This document shows positions 49,272-58,829 of a stretch of DNA of 64,000 nt, one piece after another. The DNA is from Candidatus Heimdallarchaeum aukensis (lineage in GTDB: Archaea > Asgardarchaeota > Heimdallarchaeia > Heimdallarchaeales > Heimdallarchaeaceae). A program made the position numbers and the translations under genes. The notes under the pieces were generated by a model. The model worked only from the letters and a program-made list of their open reading frames with translations, made no database searches and was not told the DNA's origin. The stretch is from NCBI GenBank assembly GCA_021513695.1, contig CP084166.1, forward strand, positions 2,944,001 through 3,008,000. Reading direction: 5' to 3'. Position 1 is the first letter of the stretch. Each line of letters begins with the position of its first letter.

Positions 49272-50162
49272 CTAACCTTTTTCTAGTTCAATATTTTTTA
49301 AAGTTTTAAATAATTCTTCTATAGTTGGAGGACTACTTAGAATTTGTTGTTTTTCTATTTCTTTGTAAACTTCAATAGCAAAATCATCTAATGAATTGAT
49401 AGGCATTACATCACTAAAGAAAGCAAAATCATGGTGATAAATAGTTACAGAATAGTAGCTTAGTGATGTGTGTTGTAAAGAAATAGAAAAATTACTTGAA
49501 CCTATCTTTATTTTATCAGGTTCTTCGAGAAGAAAGTTTCTTCTTTGGCTTGCAAGTCTTAATAGAATCGAAATAAAGTTTTTATTTTCTGGTTTAAGTG
49601 TATCACTAGAACAAAAAACAATAAATCTTCCTCTTCTTTTCTCTGCAAAAACAATTATTGGTTTATCATCAATAAAAGCGAGTGGGATATATTTTTTTAT
49701 ACCATTTTCTTTCATGAAGTTTGAGTCATTATTACACGAAATTTCAAAAGCTTTATGGCTGGAGAGATTGTTTCCTACAAGTCTAGTTTCTTTTGATATC
49801 TTTGGAATTCCATAATATACCTCATGTGTTAAAGAAATGCCTAATTCATCAATAAAAGCTTCAAACCACCTTCCTAGATCTTGTAAATATTTTGGAGGAG
49901 GGAGATTCAAAATAAGTGTTCCACCAACATCTATATAGTCTATAAGTTCTATAAATTCCTCTCGTAAAAGTCGTGTTGTTGGCCTGTTTATGATCAAAAT
50001 ATGTGTTTTTTCTAGATTTTTTCTTGTTAGTCCTCCTCTTCTAAATCTCCTTCGAATCAAATTGAATTTAACTAGAGCAATTTCTTCATCAATGCATTTA
50101 TACAATTCTTTAAGGTCTATTTTTTCTTTTAAAGAGAGATCGATGGAACAAAGTCTTTTCAT
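49272..50162 (-). CDS. Hypothetical protein (296 aa), co-directional with the roadblock gene and 10 bp upstream of it
   Basis: Clean ORF with no recognisable motif. The basic stretch RRRFRRGG may be relevant. Confidence 0.4.
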   Translation of the reverse strand: MKRLCSIDLSLKEKIDLKELYKCIDEEIALVKFNLIRRRFRRGGLTRKNLEKTHILIINRPTTRLLREEFIELIDYIDVGGTLILNLPPPKYLQDLGRWFEAFIDELGISLTHEVYYGIPKISKETRLVGNNLSSHKAFEISCNNDSNFMKENGIKKYIPLAFIDDKPIIVFAEKRRGRFIVFCSSDTLKPENKNFISILLRLASQRRNFLLEEPDKIKIGSSNFSISLQHTSLSYYSVTIYHHDFAFFSDVMPINSLDDFAIEVYKEIEKQQILSSPPTIEELFKTLKNIELEKG

Positions 50163-50273
50163 TCACTTCTTAATTATTTTTTATGCTTTAAAATTCTTTT
50201 GTGATGTAAAAATTTGAAGAGACGGTTTAATTTGTTATAATTCGGTCAATTATTAAGTTGATTAAATAAACTT

Positions 50274-51365
50274 ATGAATATCTCTATTTTTATTATTTTG
50301 AGAGATATGAATGAAGAATATAAGATGGTTATAGCTAATGAAGATCTAGTCATGCTTCTTTTAGGAACTATTGCTTTTATTTTAGCTTTTGTTGATTTAT
50401 CACAATCAGCATTTTCTTTTCCATCACTTTTATTATTTCTATTAGGTTGGGGTATTGAAAGATTTAGAAGAAGACCTCTACCAAAACAAGTTTTAAAAGC
50501 TAAACTTTTCTACCTAGCTCCTGTAAAAATAATAAGAAACTATGTTCTATATCAAATCATACTTTTGAACGGTCTTTATTTATTTGGGTTTGAAAAATCC
50601 AGTTTTGAGATAAGAACAGGTTTGATTTTTCTTTATTTGGCACTTATAATTGTTTCAATAGTTGAATTAGCAGGAAATGTAAGAATACCTGATAATTTAG
50701 TTATTATCCCAGAAATTGAAACAGAATCCGAGGAAGTTAAAAAGAAAAAAAGATTTCAAGTTCTATACGGAGCAAAGTTCATCACTTGGATAATATTTTC
50801 AAGTCTAATTTCAATAGGAATATTATCACTTAGCATAATATCTATCGTAAACTCAAACAGTATTGTTGTAATTATTCTTAGTTTCTTAATTCTTCTACCC
50901 GCAGGTGTCACTTATTATTATCATTATTACGAAGCAATAGTTAAAGAACATTCATTAGACGTTGATTATTTATTAAAGGCAACAGATTACTATGTAGAAT
51001 CAGAATTGCCAAAACTTGCTTATGAATTACTTTATAATTTTTTAGAAAAAGAGCCAAACAATATAGTTGCACTAGGAAAATTAGCTCTACTCTACTTAAA
51101 GGATGGAAATTATAAGAAGGTGTTAGAAACAACAGGTAAATCTTTAGCTTACATTGAAGAAGAGAAACTTGATGTACCTCATACCAAATCAAGAATGTAC
51201 GTTTTTAGAGCATTATCCCAAAAAGCTTTGGGAAAATACGAGGAAGCTTATAAATCTGTTAACAAAGCTTTAACCATTAACCCAGATAATATGGTTGCAA
51301 GAAAACTTAGACGTGAATTAAGAGCAATAGTTAAGAAAAAAGAGATTGACAGTAATCAAAAGTAA
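50274..51365 (+). CDS. Membrane protein with C-terminal TPR repeats
   Basis: 6-7 TM helices followed by TPR-like ALGKLALLYLKDGNYKKVLETTGKSL...FRALSQKALGKYEEAYKSVNKALTINPDN. Confidence 0.55.
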   Translation: MNISIFIILRDMNEEYKMVIANEDLVMLLLGTIAFILAFVDLSQSAFSFPSLLLFLLGWGIERFRRRPLPKQVLKAKLFYLAPVKIIRNYVLYQIILLNGLYLFGFEKSSFEIRTGLIFLYLALIIVSIVELAGNVRIPDNLVIIPEIETESEEVKKKKRFQVLYGAKFITWIIFSSLISIGILSLSIISIVNSNSIVVIILSFLILLPAGVTYYYHYYEAIVKEHSLDVDYLLKATDYYVESELPKLAYELLYNFLEKEPNNIVALGKLALLYLKDGNYKKVLETTGKSLAYIEEEKLDVPHTKSRMYVFRALSQKALGKYEEAYKSVNKALTINPDNMVARKLRRELRAIVKKKEIDSNQK

Positions 51366-51405
51366 ATTTTTTTTATGCTCTTCATTTTTTTTAATAGGGG
51401 ATAAA

Positions 51406-51798
51406 ATGAGTTCAACAAATTTCTCTGATGAAAAAGAAGTAAAAGAAAAAATCAAATCTCTCGTTCCATTAGATAAAAAACTTTCTCCAGTTTTACCCAA
51501 ACATGTGAGTGGAACTGTTAAGTGCTACATTGATGGTTGTAATAAACAATCATATTACACGCTTGGAGCTTTATTACCAAGTGTTTGGTTTACTCAAGAA
51601 ATAAAGCAGAAGCTAGTTCCTGTAATTGTTACTTCTTGTTTAGAGCATAGAAATGCCCTGATTGATAATCTCCCAGAAAAAACTGTTTCAGTTATAATTC
51701 GAGATGTTTCTCGGGATTCTTTTGAAATTGTTTCTGATATGCTTAAGCAAGCTTTAATCTCGAAAGAAGATGAATTAATAGTTTTCTATAGTTCCTGA
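51406..51798 (+). CDS. Hypothetical protein (~130 aa)
   Basis: The track ORF 51346-51798 has a low-complexity N-terminal extension; an internal Met at 51406 (MSSTNF) is the likelier start. No family recognised. Confidence 0.35.
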   Translation: MSSTNFSDEKEVKEKIKSLVPLDKKLSPVLPKHVSGTVKCYIDGCNKQSYYTLGALLPSVWFTQEIKQKLVPVIVTSCLEHRNALIDNLPEKTVSVIIRDVSRDSFEIVSDMLKQALISKEDELIVFYSS

Positions 51799-54395
51799 AT
51801 TTTTGGATTTTCTATTCTTTTTCCAATATTCTTTGATGTTTTTTCTATTTCTATTTCTTTCAAAACTGAAGATAATCTTTTTACAGCTTCTAAGCTGTGA
51901 ACAATCTGATCTAACCAAGAATAAATGTCACCAGGGTAAACTTGAATGTTCAAATTTTTTCTTATCTCTGTTGATATTCTAGTAGGATTGTATCCATTTA
52001 ATCTATAATTAACAATGATTTTGGAAAAAGTCTTCTCACCGCAATCACAAAAAGGTTTTTCAGGACAATCGCATACAAATATTTCTTTAGTCCATTTTGA
52101 AAAAGTGTCTAATATGAATGAACTGGGTTTTCTATCTATACCCCACGATTCACCAGAATACAAATCAAGAATTGCGCCTGAGAAAACACTAGTAGATATT
52201 GTTGACTTTAATAACCGTTCTACTTCTGCTTGCAATCTAGAAGATAAATAAGCAGCAGTAAAAGGTCTAATAGAAACAGCTAAATCTAAAACTAACTCTT
52301 TACTTTTGATATTTTTCTGCCTTCTCTTAATTTCTTGAACTAAGCGTAAGGCAAAAGGAGGGGCTAGGAAAGATAGAGAAGTAGCTTTTCCTAATTTTGT
52401 AGGATAAATGGTTTTATCTTTAAATTCGAGCATTTCCATTTTTACTAAATCTTTTATAATGTTGCTTAACTTGTTTGTTCTTCCGAGCAAGTTTGAAAAT
52501 ATCATTTTATCTCTTGTATCAATTTTAACTTTGGAAACAGCATTAATTATAGCGAGTACTTCTTCTTGTTCTTCTATTGTATCTAAAACTGGTTCTACGG
52601 GTTCTATCGGTTGTGTAAGTAATTTGAAGGCAATTTGCTCCTCTGTTAAATCTTGTCTAGAGTAAATTTTTCTTCCTGGTTCAACTAATAAGTAAACTTT
52701 ACCTTTATCATGAAACCCAAATCTTCCAGCTCTTCCTAACATTTGATGGAATTCTGCAACTGTTAACCATTCTGCCCCCATAGCTAAATTCTCAAAAATA
52801 ACTAGAGAAGCCGGAAAATCTACTCCAGCTCCTAAAGCAATAGTAGTAACAACAGTGGAAAAAGCTCCTGTTTCAAATTTACTTTCTATTCTTTTTCTTT
52901 GTGAGTAAGTTAATCCAGCATGATAATGTGTTGCTCTAACTCCTTTTTTAGTTAATAGACTGGCTATCTTTTCGCATCCTTTCCTTGAATTTGTAAAAAC
53001 TAAAGTCTGTCCTTTATATCCCATTGAAGACTTTACTCTTTCTTCTTTTCTGCAGAGATCAATCAGAAAATTAATTCTTTGTTCTTCAGAATCAGTAAGG
53101 ATTACATGTCTTTCTAGAGGAATAGGACGATCAGTATAAATTACAGGTTTAGAATTTAATTCCTTTGCCAGTTCTTTTGGGTTGCCAATTGTTGCTGAAA
53201 GATAAATAAATTGAGCCCTTGGAAAAAGAGCTTTTAATCTAGTGATTAAACCATTTAGCCTAAACCCTCTCTCTTTTGCCATTAACATCTGAATTTCATC
53301 AATACAAATAGTACCAACATTTCCCAATTCTTTAGCTCTTCCATCCCTAAGAACAAAATCAAGTGCTTCATACGTAGCAACAATAATATCTGATTGTAAA
53401 CTCCCATCAACAATCGGTTTTTCAATGTCAGTTAGTATTCTACTCATACCTACTTTAATTGAAGTTTTAAAACCGATTTTACGATATCTTTTTCTAAATT
53501 GTTCATATTTCTGATTTGTAAGGGCAACTAATGGAGACAGATAGATAAATTTCTTTTTTTCTTTTATAAGATTGGTAATCCCAGCTAATTCTCCTATCAG
53601 AGTTTTTCCTGAAGAGGTTCCAGCTACAATTAACAAATCTTTTTTTTCTAACAACCCTGATTCAAGTGCGAGCTTCTGAGCTGGAAGAAAATTTTTCACT
53701 CCTTCTTTAATCAGAAGTTCTTTGAATCTTGAAGGAATTGTTTTTAGATCTTCTACTTTTAGTGAAATATCTGGTTTAGAGGCTCGAATAATATCGAATA
53801 ATGTACTTTCTTTGTCATTAATATTTGATTCAACACCTAAAGTTATAGAGTTTAAAACCTCATCTAAAGAACCCTTTCTTCGAGCTTGTTGTTCATAGAA
53901 TTTTATTATCCCTGCAGAAAAATTGATTGAAGTTCTTTTTATTTCAGTAATTAACTCTCGTCTAATGCACAATTTACAAATGCTTTTCCCCTTAAAACGA
54001 ACATTATCTTCTTCACTTAATTCAGTCCATTTTTGCTTATTTAAACAATATCTACAAATGTTTGCTATTTTTGGTTTTTTTATTTTAAAAGTATTAAAAT
54101 ATTCAATAAATCCTTTCTGGTCAAAGGGAAGATCACTTTTTTCTACAACTAAATATGATGCATTTTTTAGATCTTCTGTTGCTTCTTTAGGACGTATGTA
54201 TTTTACCGTGTTTCTTCCTAATTTTAAGTATTTATAAACTCGAAGAAGGTTTTTTTCGTAAATGAACTGAAGTCTGCAGTGTGCAACTGCTTTTTTGTCT
54301 TTTTTCCCAGAAATATAAAAGTAAATTATATCAGTTGACAGTTTTTCTTTATTAAAGTTAAATAACACAGCAATGTATGGTTTAGGAATTTTCAT
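51786..54395 (-). CDS. SF2 DEAD/DEAH-box helicase (Ski2/Hel308-like) with N- and C-terminal Cys clusters
   Basis: Helicase motifs: I AGTSSGKTLIGE, II CIDEIQML, III LSATIGN, VI QMLGRAGR. Zn-finger-like N-terminal region CRYCLNKQ...CKLCIRR and C-terminal CDCPEKPFCDCGE. Start moved to the internal Met at 54395 (MKIPKPY), because the track start overlaps the upstream zinc-ribbon gene by 100 nt. Confidence 0.7.
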   Translation of the reverse strand: MKIPKPYIAVLFNFNKEKLSTDIIYFYISGKKDKKAVAHCRLQFIYEKNLLRVYKYLKLGRNTVKYIRPKEATEDLKNASYLVVEKSDLPFDQKGFIEYFNTFKIKKPKIANICRYCLNKQKWTELSEEDNVRFKGKSICKLCIRRELITEIKRTSINFSAGIIKFYEQQARRKGSLDEVLNSITLGVESNINDKESTLFDIIRASKPDISLKVEDLKTIPSRFKELLIKEGVKNFLPAQKLALESGLLEKKDLLIVAGTSSGKTLIGELAGITNLIKEKKKFIYLSPLVALTNQKYEQFRKRYRKIGFKTSIKVGMSRILTDIEKPIVDGSLQSDIIVATYEALDFVLRDGRAKELGNVGTICIDEIQMLMAKERGFRLNGLITRLKALFPRAQFIYLSATIGNPKELAKELNSKPVIYTDRPIPLERHVILTDSEEQRINFLIDLCRKEERVKSSMGYKGQTLVFTNSRKGCEKIASLLTKKGVRATHYHAGLTYSQRKRIESKFETGAFSTVVTTIALGAGVDFPASLVIFENLAMGAEWLTVAEFHQMLGRAGRFGFHDKGKVYLLVEPGRKIYSRQDLTEEQIAFKLLTQPIEPVEPVLDTIEEQEEVLAIINAVSKVKIDTRDKMIFSNLLGRTNKLSNIIKDLVKMEMLEFKDKTIYPTKLGKATSLSFLAPPFALRLVQEIKRRQKNIKSKELVLDLAVSIRPFTAAYLSSRLQAEVERLLKSTISTSVFSGAILDLYSGESWGIDRKPSSFILDTFSKWTKEIFVCDCPEKPFCDCGEKTFSKIIVNYRLNGYNPTRISTEIRKNLNIQVYPGDIYSWLDQIVHSLEAVKRLSSVLKEIEIEKTSKNIGKRIENPKIQEL

Positions 54396-54417
54396 TAAAA
54401 TCACAAAGACTAAAAAA

Positions 54418-54900
54418 TTATGTTTTTGAAAAGTTATATCCACAAGTTGGGCAAAAATTGACATTAACACCAACTTTTTCTTCACAATGTGGGCATTCTT
54501 TAAATAGCGGAGAACCACAATATTTGCAGAATTTAGTTTGCTTTACTTCATTTTTACATGTTGGACACATTACAGTTTTTTCTTTTGTTTGACTAGCTGT
54601 TCTATCTACAGGAGTAGAAATTTGGGGTAAAGTTGTTGGAACATATTCTTGATATTTGCTTGATGAGGGTGGATATCTATCACTTTTTGCTGGTTCTATC
54701 TTGCTAATAGTAAGTTCTGGGTCTATTTTATGAAGAAAATTTTTGATATTTGTGTTAGATTCTATAGAAAGAGGTTTCCTTTTTTGGGCTAATAGGGCTA
54801 GCTTTAGATACTCTACTACATCTTCTTGTTCTGCTCCACAATGAGGGCAGACCTTTAACGATTCTTCAATTTCTTCCCAACAACTTAAACATTTTTTCAC
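54418..54900 (-). CDS. Double zinc-ribbon protein
   Basis: N-terminal CLSCWEEIEESLKVCPHCG and C-terminal CPTCKNEVKQTKFCKYCGSPLFKECPHCEEKVGVNVNFCPTCG. Confidence 0.5.
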   Translation of the reverse strand: MKKCLSCWEEIEESLKVCPHCGAEQEDVVEYLKLALLAQKRKPLSIESNTNIKNFLHKIDPELTISKIEPAKSDRYPPSSSKYQEYVPTTLPQISTPVDRTASQTKEKTVMCPTCKNEVKQTKFCKYCGSPLFKECPHCEEKVGVNVNFCPTCGYNFSKT

Positions 54901-55043
54901 TGCATATCGCCTAATTCTTCTGTTTTTGAAAAGTTTTACAAGCTTATAAAAGTAGCTATTTTCGTATTTTATTTTTCTTTTTTTGCTAACGTAGAATTAT
55001 CGATAATTATATAAAGAAAAATAATTTTGTTTTCAAGATACAA

Positions 55044-55436
55044 ATGGCCAAGAAAAAAAAGATTAAGTGTAAGAAGTGTGGAGCTGAATGGTTACCAAAT
55101 GAGGTTGAAACAAAGAAAGAGTGGAACATGATTAGTCCAATGCCTGATAAAGACGGAAATGTAACCATAACAAGAATGGCATCTTGGAATTGTCCTTCTT
55201 GTGGTAAAAATGTAACTGGAGCAAAAGGTAAAACTAAGGGTGAATTCAGAGTAGAAGATACACCTAAATATAAAATTGAACATGCTTTAGACTCAGGAGA
55301 AGAAGTTGATCTCGAAGAATTGGCTGAAGAAATAGGGTTCAAAGTTGAAAATTTGATAAAAATTATTCCCGCTTATATGAAGAAGAAGGGATTAAAAGGA
55401 GAAATAAAAGGAAATAAATTCATTCCAAAGAAGTAA
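55044..55436 (+). CDS. Small lysine-rich zinc-ribbon protein
   Basis: CKKCGAEW...(31 aa)...CPSCGKN four-Cys ribbon and a basic N-terminus MAKKKKIK. The antisense ORF 55007-55342 is judged spurious. Confidence 0.5.
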   Translation: MAKKKKIKCKKCGAEWLPNEVETKKEWNMISPMPDKDGNVTITRMASWNCPSCGKNVTGAKGKTKGEFRVEDTPKYKIEHALDSGEEVDLEELAEEIGFKVENLIKIIPAYMKKKGLKGEIKGNKFIPKK

Positions 55437-55546
55437 TTTGTTTTACAAAAATTTTCTTTTTTTTAAATATCAGAATGGCAAAAATTTTTAAAGAGAAAAA
55501 TAGACAGAGGTCTGAAAACAAAAAGAAACAATGGAGCAGATAAATT

Positions 55547-55774
55547 ATGGTATACACAGCTTTTGATGGGATAATTTCAAAAAATGGATGGCTTATATTT
55601 TGGTTAGTACTTTTTACGATATTGACAATTTTTGGTATAATATTGGCATATTTGTATTTTAAATCGTCCCAAAATAAAACAAGAAAGGCTACAATATCTA
55701 TTATACTTTTCAATATTCTTGTAATAGCTTTTGAGTTGCAGCTTATTTTTATTAAAACAAATATTAATTTTTAA
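55547..55774 (+). CDS. Hypothetical small membrane protein
   Basis: 75 aa with two hydrophobic helices. Weak support. Confidence 0.25.
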   Translation: MVYTAFDGIISKNGWLIFWLVLFTILTIFGIILAYLYFKSSQNKTRKATISIILFNILVIAFELQLIFIKTNINF

Positions 55775-55903
55775 TACTCTTATTTTTCTCTCTTGATTTT
55801 TTAATTTTAGGTTCTTTCCTACACAGTTAGAATTTCAAAAAGGTTAAATAATCTAAAATGAATAAAAACAAGATAGCTAGTTATTTAGTGGTAGAATGAT
55901 ACA

Positions 55904-56752
55904 ATGAACTTCTTTAGTTATTTACCTTATTTAAACAGAGAAAATATAAGCTGGTTATTTAAAAAAAGTGAAAAAATAGATGAGATTACAGATGAAGATT
56001 TTGTCTTTCGACTAAAGAAAGTTCTAAACTCTGATACTCTAACTAGCTCTCAAAAAAGGAAAATCTGGCAAATCTCAATGGAGAATTTATTTTTTAATGA
56101 AATGCATCGTAGTTTCATCTTTACTCCAACTTCGAAATTTCCCAAAACAACTGAGATAAAGGCTGCAATAAGTAAAAAACTTCAAGTAATTGTTAAAGAA
56201 GAAAAAATAGCCTGTTCTCCCATTTATGTTTCAATGATGGAAAAAACCCCGTTACACTTTTTAATTTCATTCTCTTTAGAAAAAGTTACTAATTTTGAGA
56301 AATTTCTTGAACTACCCTTAAATAGACATTTGGTTTTTAATATTTTTCCAGAAAAAGGTTTTTGCACTTTTTGGCCACTAGATAGAGATGTTAAACTTAA
56401 AGTTGCATTGAAATTGATTAATGAACTCTTCGCTGATACCAAAGAGATAAAAGTAAATGCTCTACTCTTGCGCAAGTTTTCTACTCAAGATCAAATGAAA
56501 AGAATGGTTATTTCAACTCCTCCAGAAATAGCAGGTTTTTCTGGTTTGGATTCTATAGAATTTTATGGTTCAGATGTGATGTTAGGATTATCAGGATTAA
56601 AAAGAAGACATGATGCTGACGTAGAAAAGATTACTCGAGTTGGACCATTAACAGATTTAGAATCGGATAATATAAGGTTAAAAGCAGGAAAGGGTATACA
56701 AGTCAAAAACTATTCTGCTATAGATAAACTTCTTGCTGTTGTTAAAACATAA
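55904..56752 (+). CDS. Hypothetical protein (282 aa)
   Basis: Clean ORF with protein-like composition. No family recognised. Confidence 0.4.
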   Translation: MNFFSYLPYLNRENISWLFKKSEKIDEITDEDFVFRLKKVLNSDTLTSSQKRKIWQISMENLFFNEMHRSFIFTPTSKFPKTTEIKAAISKKLQVIVKEEKIACSPIYVSMMEKTPLHFLISFSLEKVTNFEKFLELPLNRHLVFNIFPEKGFCTFWPLDRDVKLKVALKLINELFADTKEIKVNALLLRKFSTQDQMKRMVISTPPEIAGFSGLDSIEFYGSDVMLGLSGLKRRHDADVEKITRVGPLTDLESDNIRLKAGKGIQVKNYSAIDKLLAVVKT

Positions 56753-56824
56753 TATTTATTTGTGCGGTTCCATTCTTTTTTCTAATGATAAGCTTGAAAT
56801 AAAAGTATAGGCATATCGAAAGTT

Positions 56825-56870
56825 TTTTTATAAAACTACTAAATGTAAAACAAAAAAGGAGTAAGATAAT
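56825..56870 (+). promoter_or_regulatory. Putative archaeal promoter (TATA-like tttttataaaa) and SD-like aggag upstream of the por operon
   Basis: TATA-like element at 56825-56835, purine-rich stretch upstream (BRE-like), ggagt at 56858-56862, ATG at 56871. Confidence 0.35.
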
Positions 56871-57425
56871 ATGATTGAACTACTTCAAATAAGTAGAGGT
56901 GGATCTGGAGGAGTAACTGGAGCTAAAATTTTAGCCGAGGCTGCAATGTATGAAGGACTAGACTCACAAGCAATTCCTAAATATGGGGCTGAAAGAAGAG
57001 GAGCTAAAGTTGAAGCTTATGTTCGTTTTGATTCTTCCCCTATAAGGATACATAGTCCAGTCTATAATCCAACACATGCTATGGTATTAGATTCATCACT
57101 CATTAAGGCTTTAGAGATAGACAAAGTTAGTAAAGATGGAATTATAATGATAAATTCCTCACATATTCCTGATTTTCTTAAAGGAACAAATAGAAAAGTA
57201 GCTTATGTAGATGCTACTAGTATTTCAAAGGAACTAGGCTTAGTTGTAAGTGGATTTACCCTTACAAACGTGACGATGTTAGGTTGTTTTGCGAAGGCAA
57301 CAGGAATAATAAAAATGGAAAACATAGAGAAAGCTATTGAAAAAACACTAGGCGCGAAAATTGCACCAAAGAATATTGAGGCTGCAAGACGCGCTTATGA
57401 ACAAACAAAGGTGGAAACAGCATGA
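56871..57425 (+). CDS. porG: Pyruvate/2-oxoacid:ferredoxin oxidoreductase gamma subunit
   Basis: GGSGGVTGAKILAEAAMYEGLDSQAIPKYGAERRGAKVEAYVRF is the canonical gamma-subunit motif. First gene of a four-gene overlapping operon. Confidence 0.85.
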   Translation: MIELLQISRGGSGGVTGAKILAEAAMYEGLDSQAIPKYGAERRGAKVEAYVRFDSSPIRIHSPVYNPTHAMVLDSSLIKALEIDKVSKDGIIMINSSHIPDFLKGTNRKVAYVDATSISKELGLVVSGFTLTNVTMLGCFAKATGIIKMENIEKAIEKTLGAKIAPKNIEAARRAYEQTKVETA

Positions 57426-57697
57426 CAGAAAAAGAACCAAGTATGCCAATTTTATATCCAATAGAAGGCGCTGCAGGATTAACTGGAGATTGGAGAACAC
57501 AAAGACCAATTGTTGATCCAGAAAAATGTAAAATGTGCAATATTTGTTGGCAATATTGTCCTGATTTAGCAATAACTGCAGCAAATAAAGAAGAAAACAA
57601 AGTAATTGTATTTGATTATACATTCTGTAAAGGGTGTGGAATTTGCGCTAGAGAATGTCCTTTTGGCGCAATTCATATGGAAAAAGAGGTGGACTAG
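57422..57697 (+). CDS. porD: Pyruvate/2-oxoacid:ferredoxin oxidoreductase delta subunit (2x[4Fe-4S] ferredoxin)
   Basis: Two ferredoxin-type Cys motifs (CKMCNICWQYCP and CKGCGICARECP). Confidence 0.85.
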   Translation: MTEKEPSMPILYPIEGAAGLTGDWRTQRPIVDPEKCKMCNICWQYCPDLAITAANKEENKVIVFDYTFCKGCGICARECPFGAIHMEKEVD

Positions 57698-58828
57698 ATG
57701 GCTGAAGAAGTAGTAATGTTAACTGGTAATCACTCTGTGTCAGAAGCAGTAAAGAGGGTTAAACCTGATGTTATTGCTGCTTACCCAATAACTCCACAAA
57801 CAGCAATTATAGAATATTTAAGCAGAGTGGTAGATTCTGGAGAACTAGATAGCCACTTTATTAGAGTTGAGTCTGAACATTCTGCTCTAGCAGCCGTTGC
57901 TGGAGCATCATGGGCTGGAGCAAGAACTTTTACAGCAACAAGCAGCCAAGGATTACTATATATGGGAGAATGGGTTTTCTGGACAGGTTATGCTCGCTTA
58001 CCCGTTGTAATGGCTGTTGTAAATAGATGTTTAGCTCCTGGATGGAGTATATGGGTAGATTTACAAGACTCAATGGCTTTTAGAGACGCAGGTTGGATAC
58101 AAATTTACAATAAGAATAATCAAGAGGTATTTGACACAACAATTCAATCCTATAAAATAGCAGAGAGTAAAGACATAGCTTTGCCTGTTATGCCATGTTT
58201 AGATGGATTTGTTCTCAGCCATACGAGTTCTAAAGTAATATTAAGTGACCCTGAAGAAGTTTATAATTTCGTAGGTGATTATTCAGATCCAATTATCGAA
58301 ATTGATACTGGTAAGCCTTTTGCTTATGGTTCCATAGTTATGCCTGATAAGTACAATAAGGATAGAAAAGATCTAATGGAAGCAATGGAAAGAGCTAAAG
58401 CTAAAATTAAAGCTGTAAACAAAGAATTTTCTGAAACCTTTGGAAGATCTTATGGAAATGGTCTAATTGAGAAATATGGAGATGATGACGCAGACTTAAC
58501 AATTGTAGGAATAGGAACTCTAGCTGATGAAACACAACAAGCAATTGACATGCTAACTTCAGAAGGGTTGAAAGTAAACTCTGTCAGAGTAAGAACATTT
58601 AGACCTTTCCCAACAGAAGATATAATTGACATTGCTAAAAAGAATCATAAGCTACTCGTAATTGATAGGTCAGTAAGTTTTGGTCACGAAGGACATTTAC
58701 AAATGGAAATTGAGTCAGTTCTAAAGAGAAATAATATTGACACTCCTGTTATTGGAAAGGTAATGGGATTGGGCGGAGAAGACGTTCCATATACTCGTAT
58801 CGCTAAAGCAGCGAGGGAGAATCTGTGA
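57698..58828 (+). CDS. porA: Pyruvate/2-oxoacid:ferredoxin oxidoreductase alpha subunit
   Basis: 376 aa with N-terminal VVMLTGNHSVSEAV...AAYPITPQT, typical of the POR/VOR alpha subunit. Confidence 0.85.
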   Translation: MAEEVVMLTGNHSVSEAVKRVKPDVIAAYPITPQTAIIEYLSRVVDSGELDSHFIRVESEHSALAAVAGASWAGARTFTATSSQGLLYMGEWVFWTGYARLPVVMAVVNRCLAPGWSIWVDLQDSMAFRDAGWIQIYNKNNQEVFDTTIQSYKIAESKDIALPVMPCLDGFVLSHTSSKVILSDPEEVYNFVGDYSDPIIEIDTGKPFAYGSIVMPDKYNKDRKDLMEAMERAKAKIKAVNKEFSETFGRSYGNGLIEKYGDDDADLTIVGIGTLADETQQAIDMLTSEGLKVNSVRVRTFRPFPTEDIIDIAKKNHKLLVIDRSVSFGHEGHLQMEIESVLKRNNIDTPVIGKVMGLGGEDVPYTRIAKAARENL

Positions 58829-58829
58829 G

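Noticed and set aside
55007-55342. 111-aa minus-strand ORF antisense to the zinc-ribbon gene 55044-55436
   Set aside because: The + strand ORF has a clear four-Cys zinc ribbon and a basic N-terminus. The antisense ORF is low complexity.
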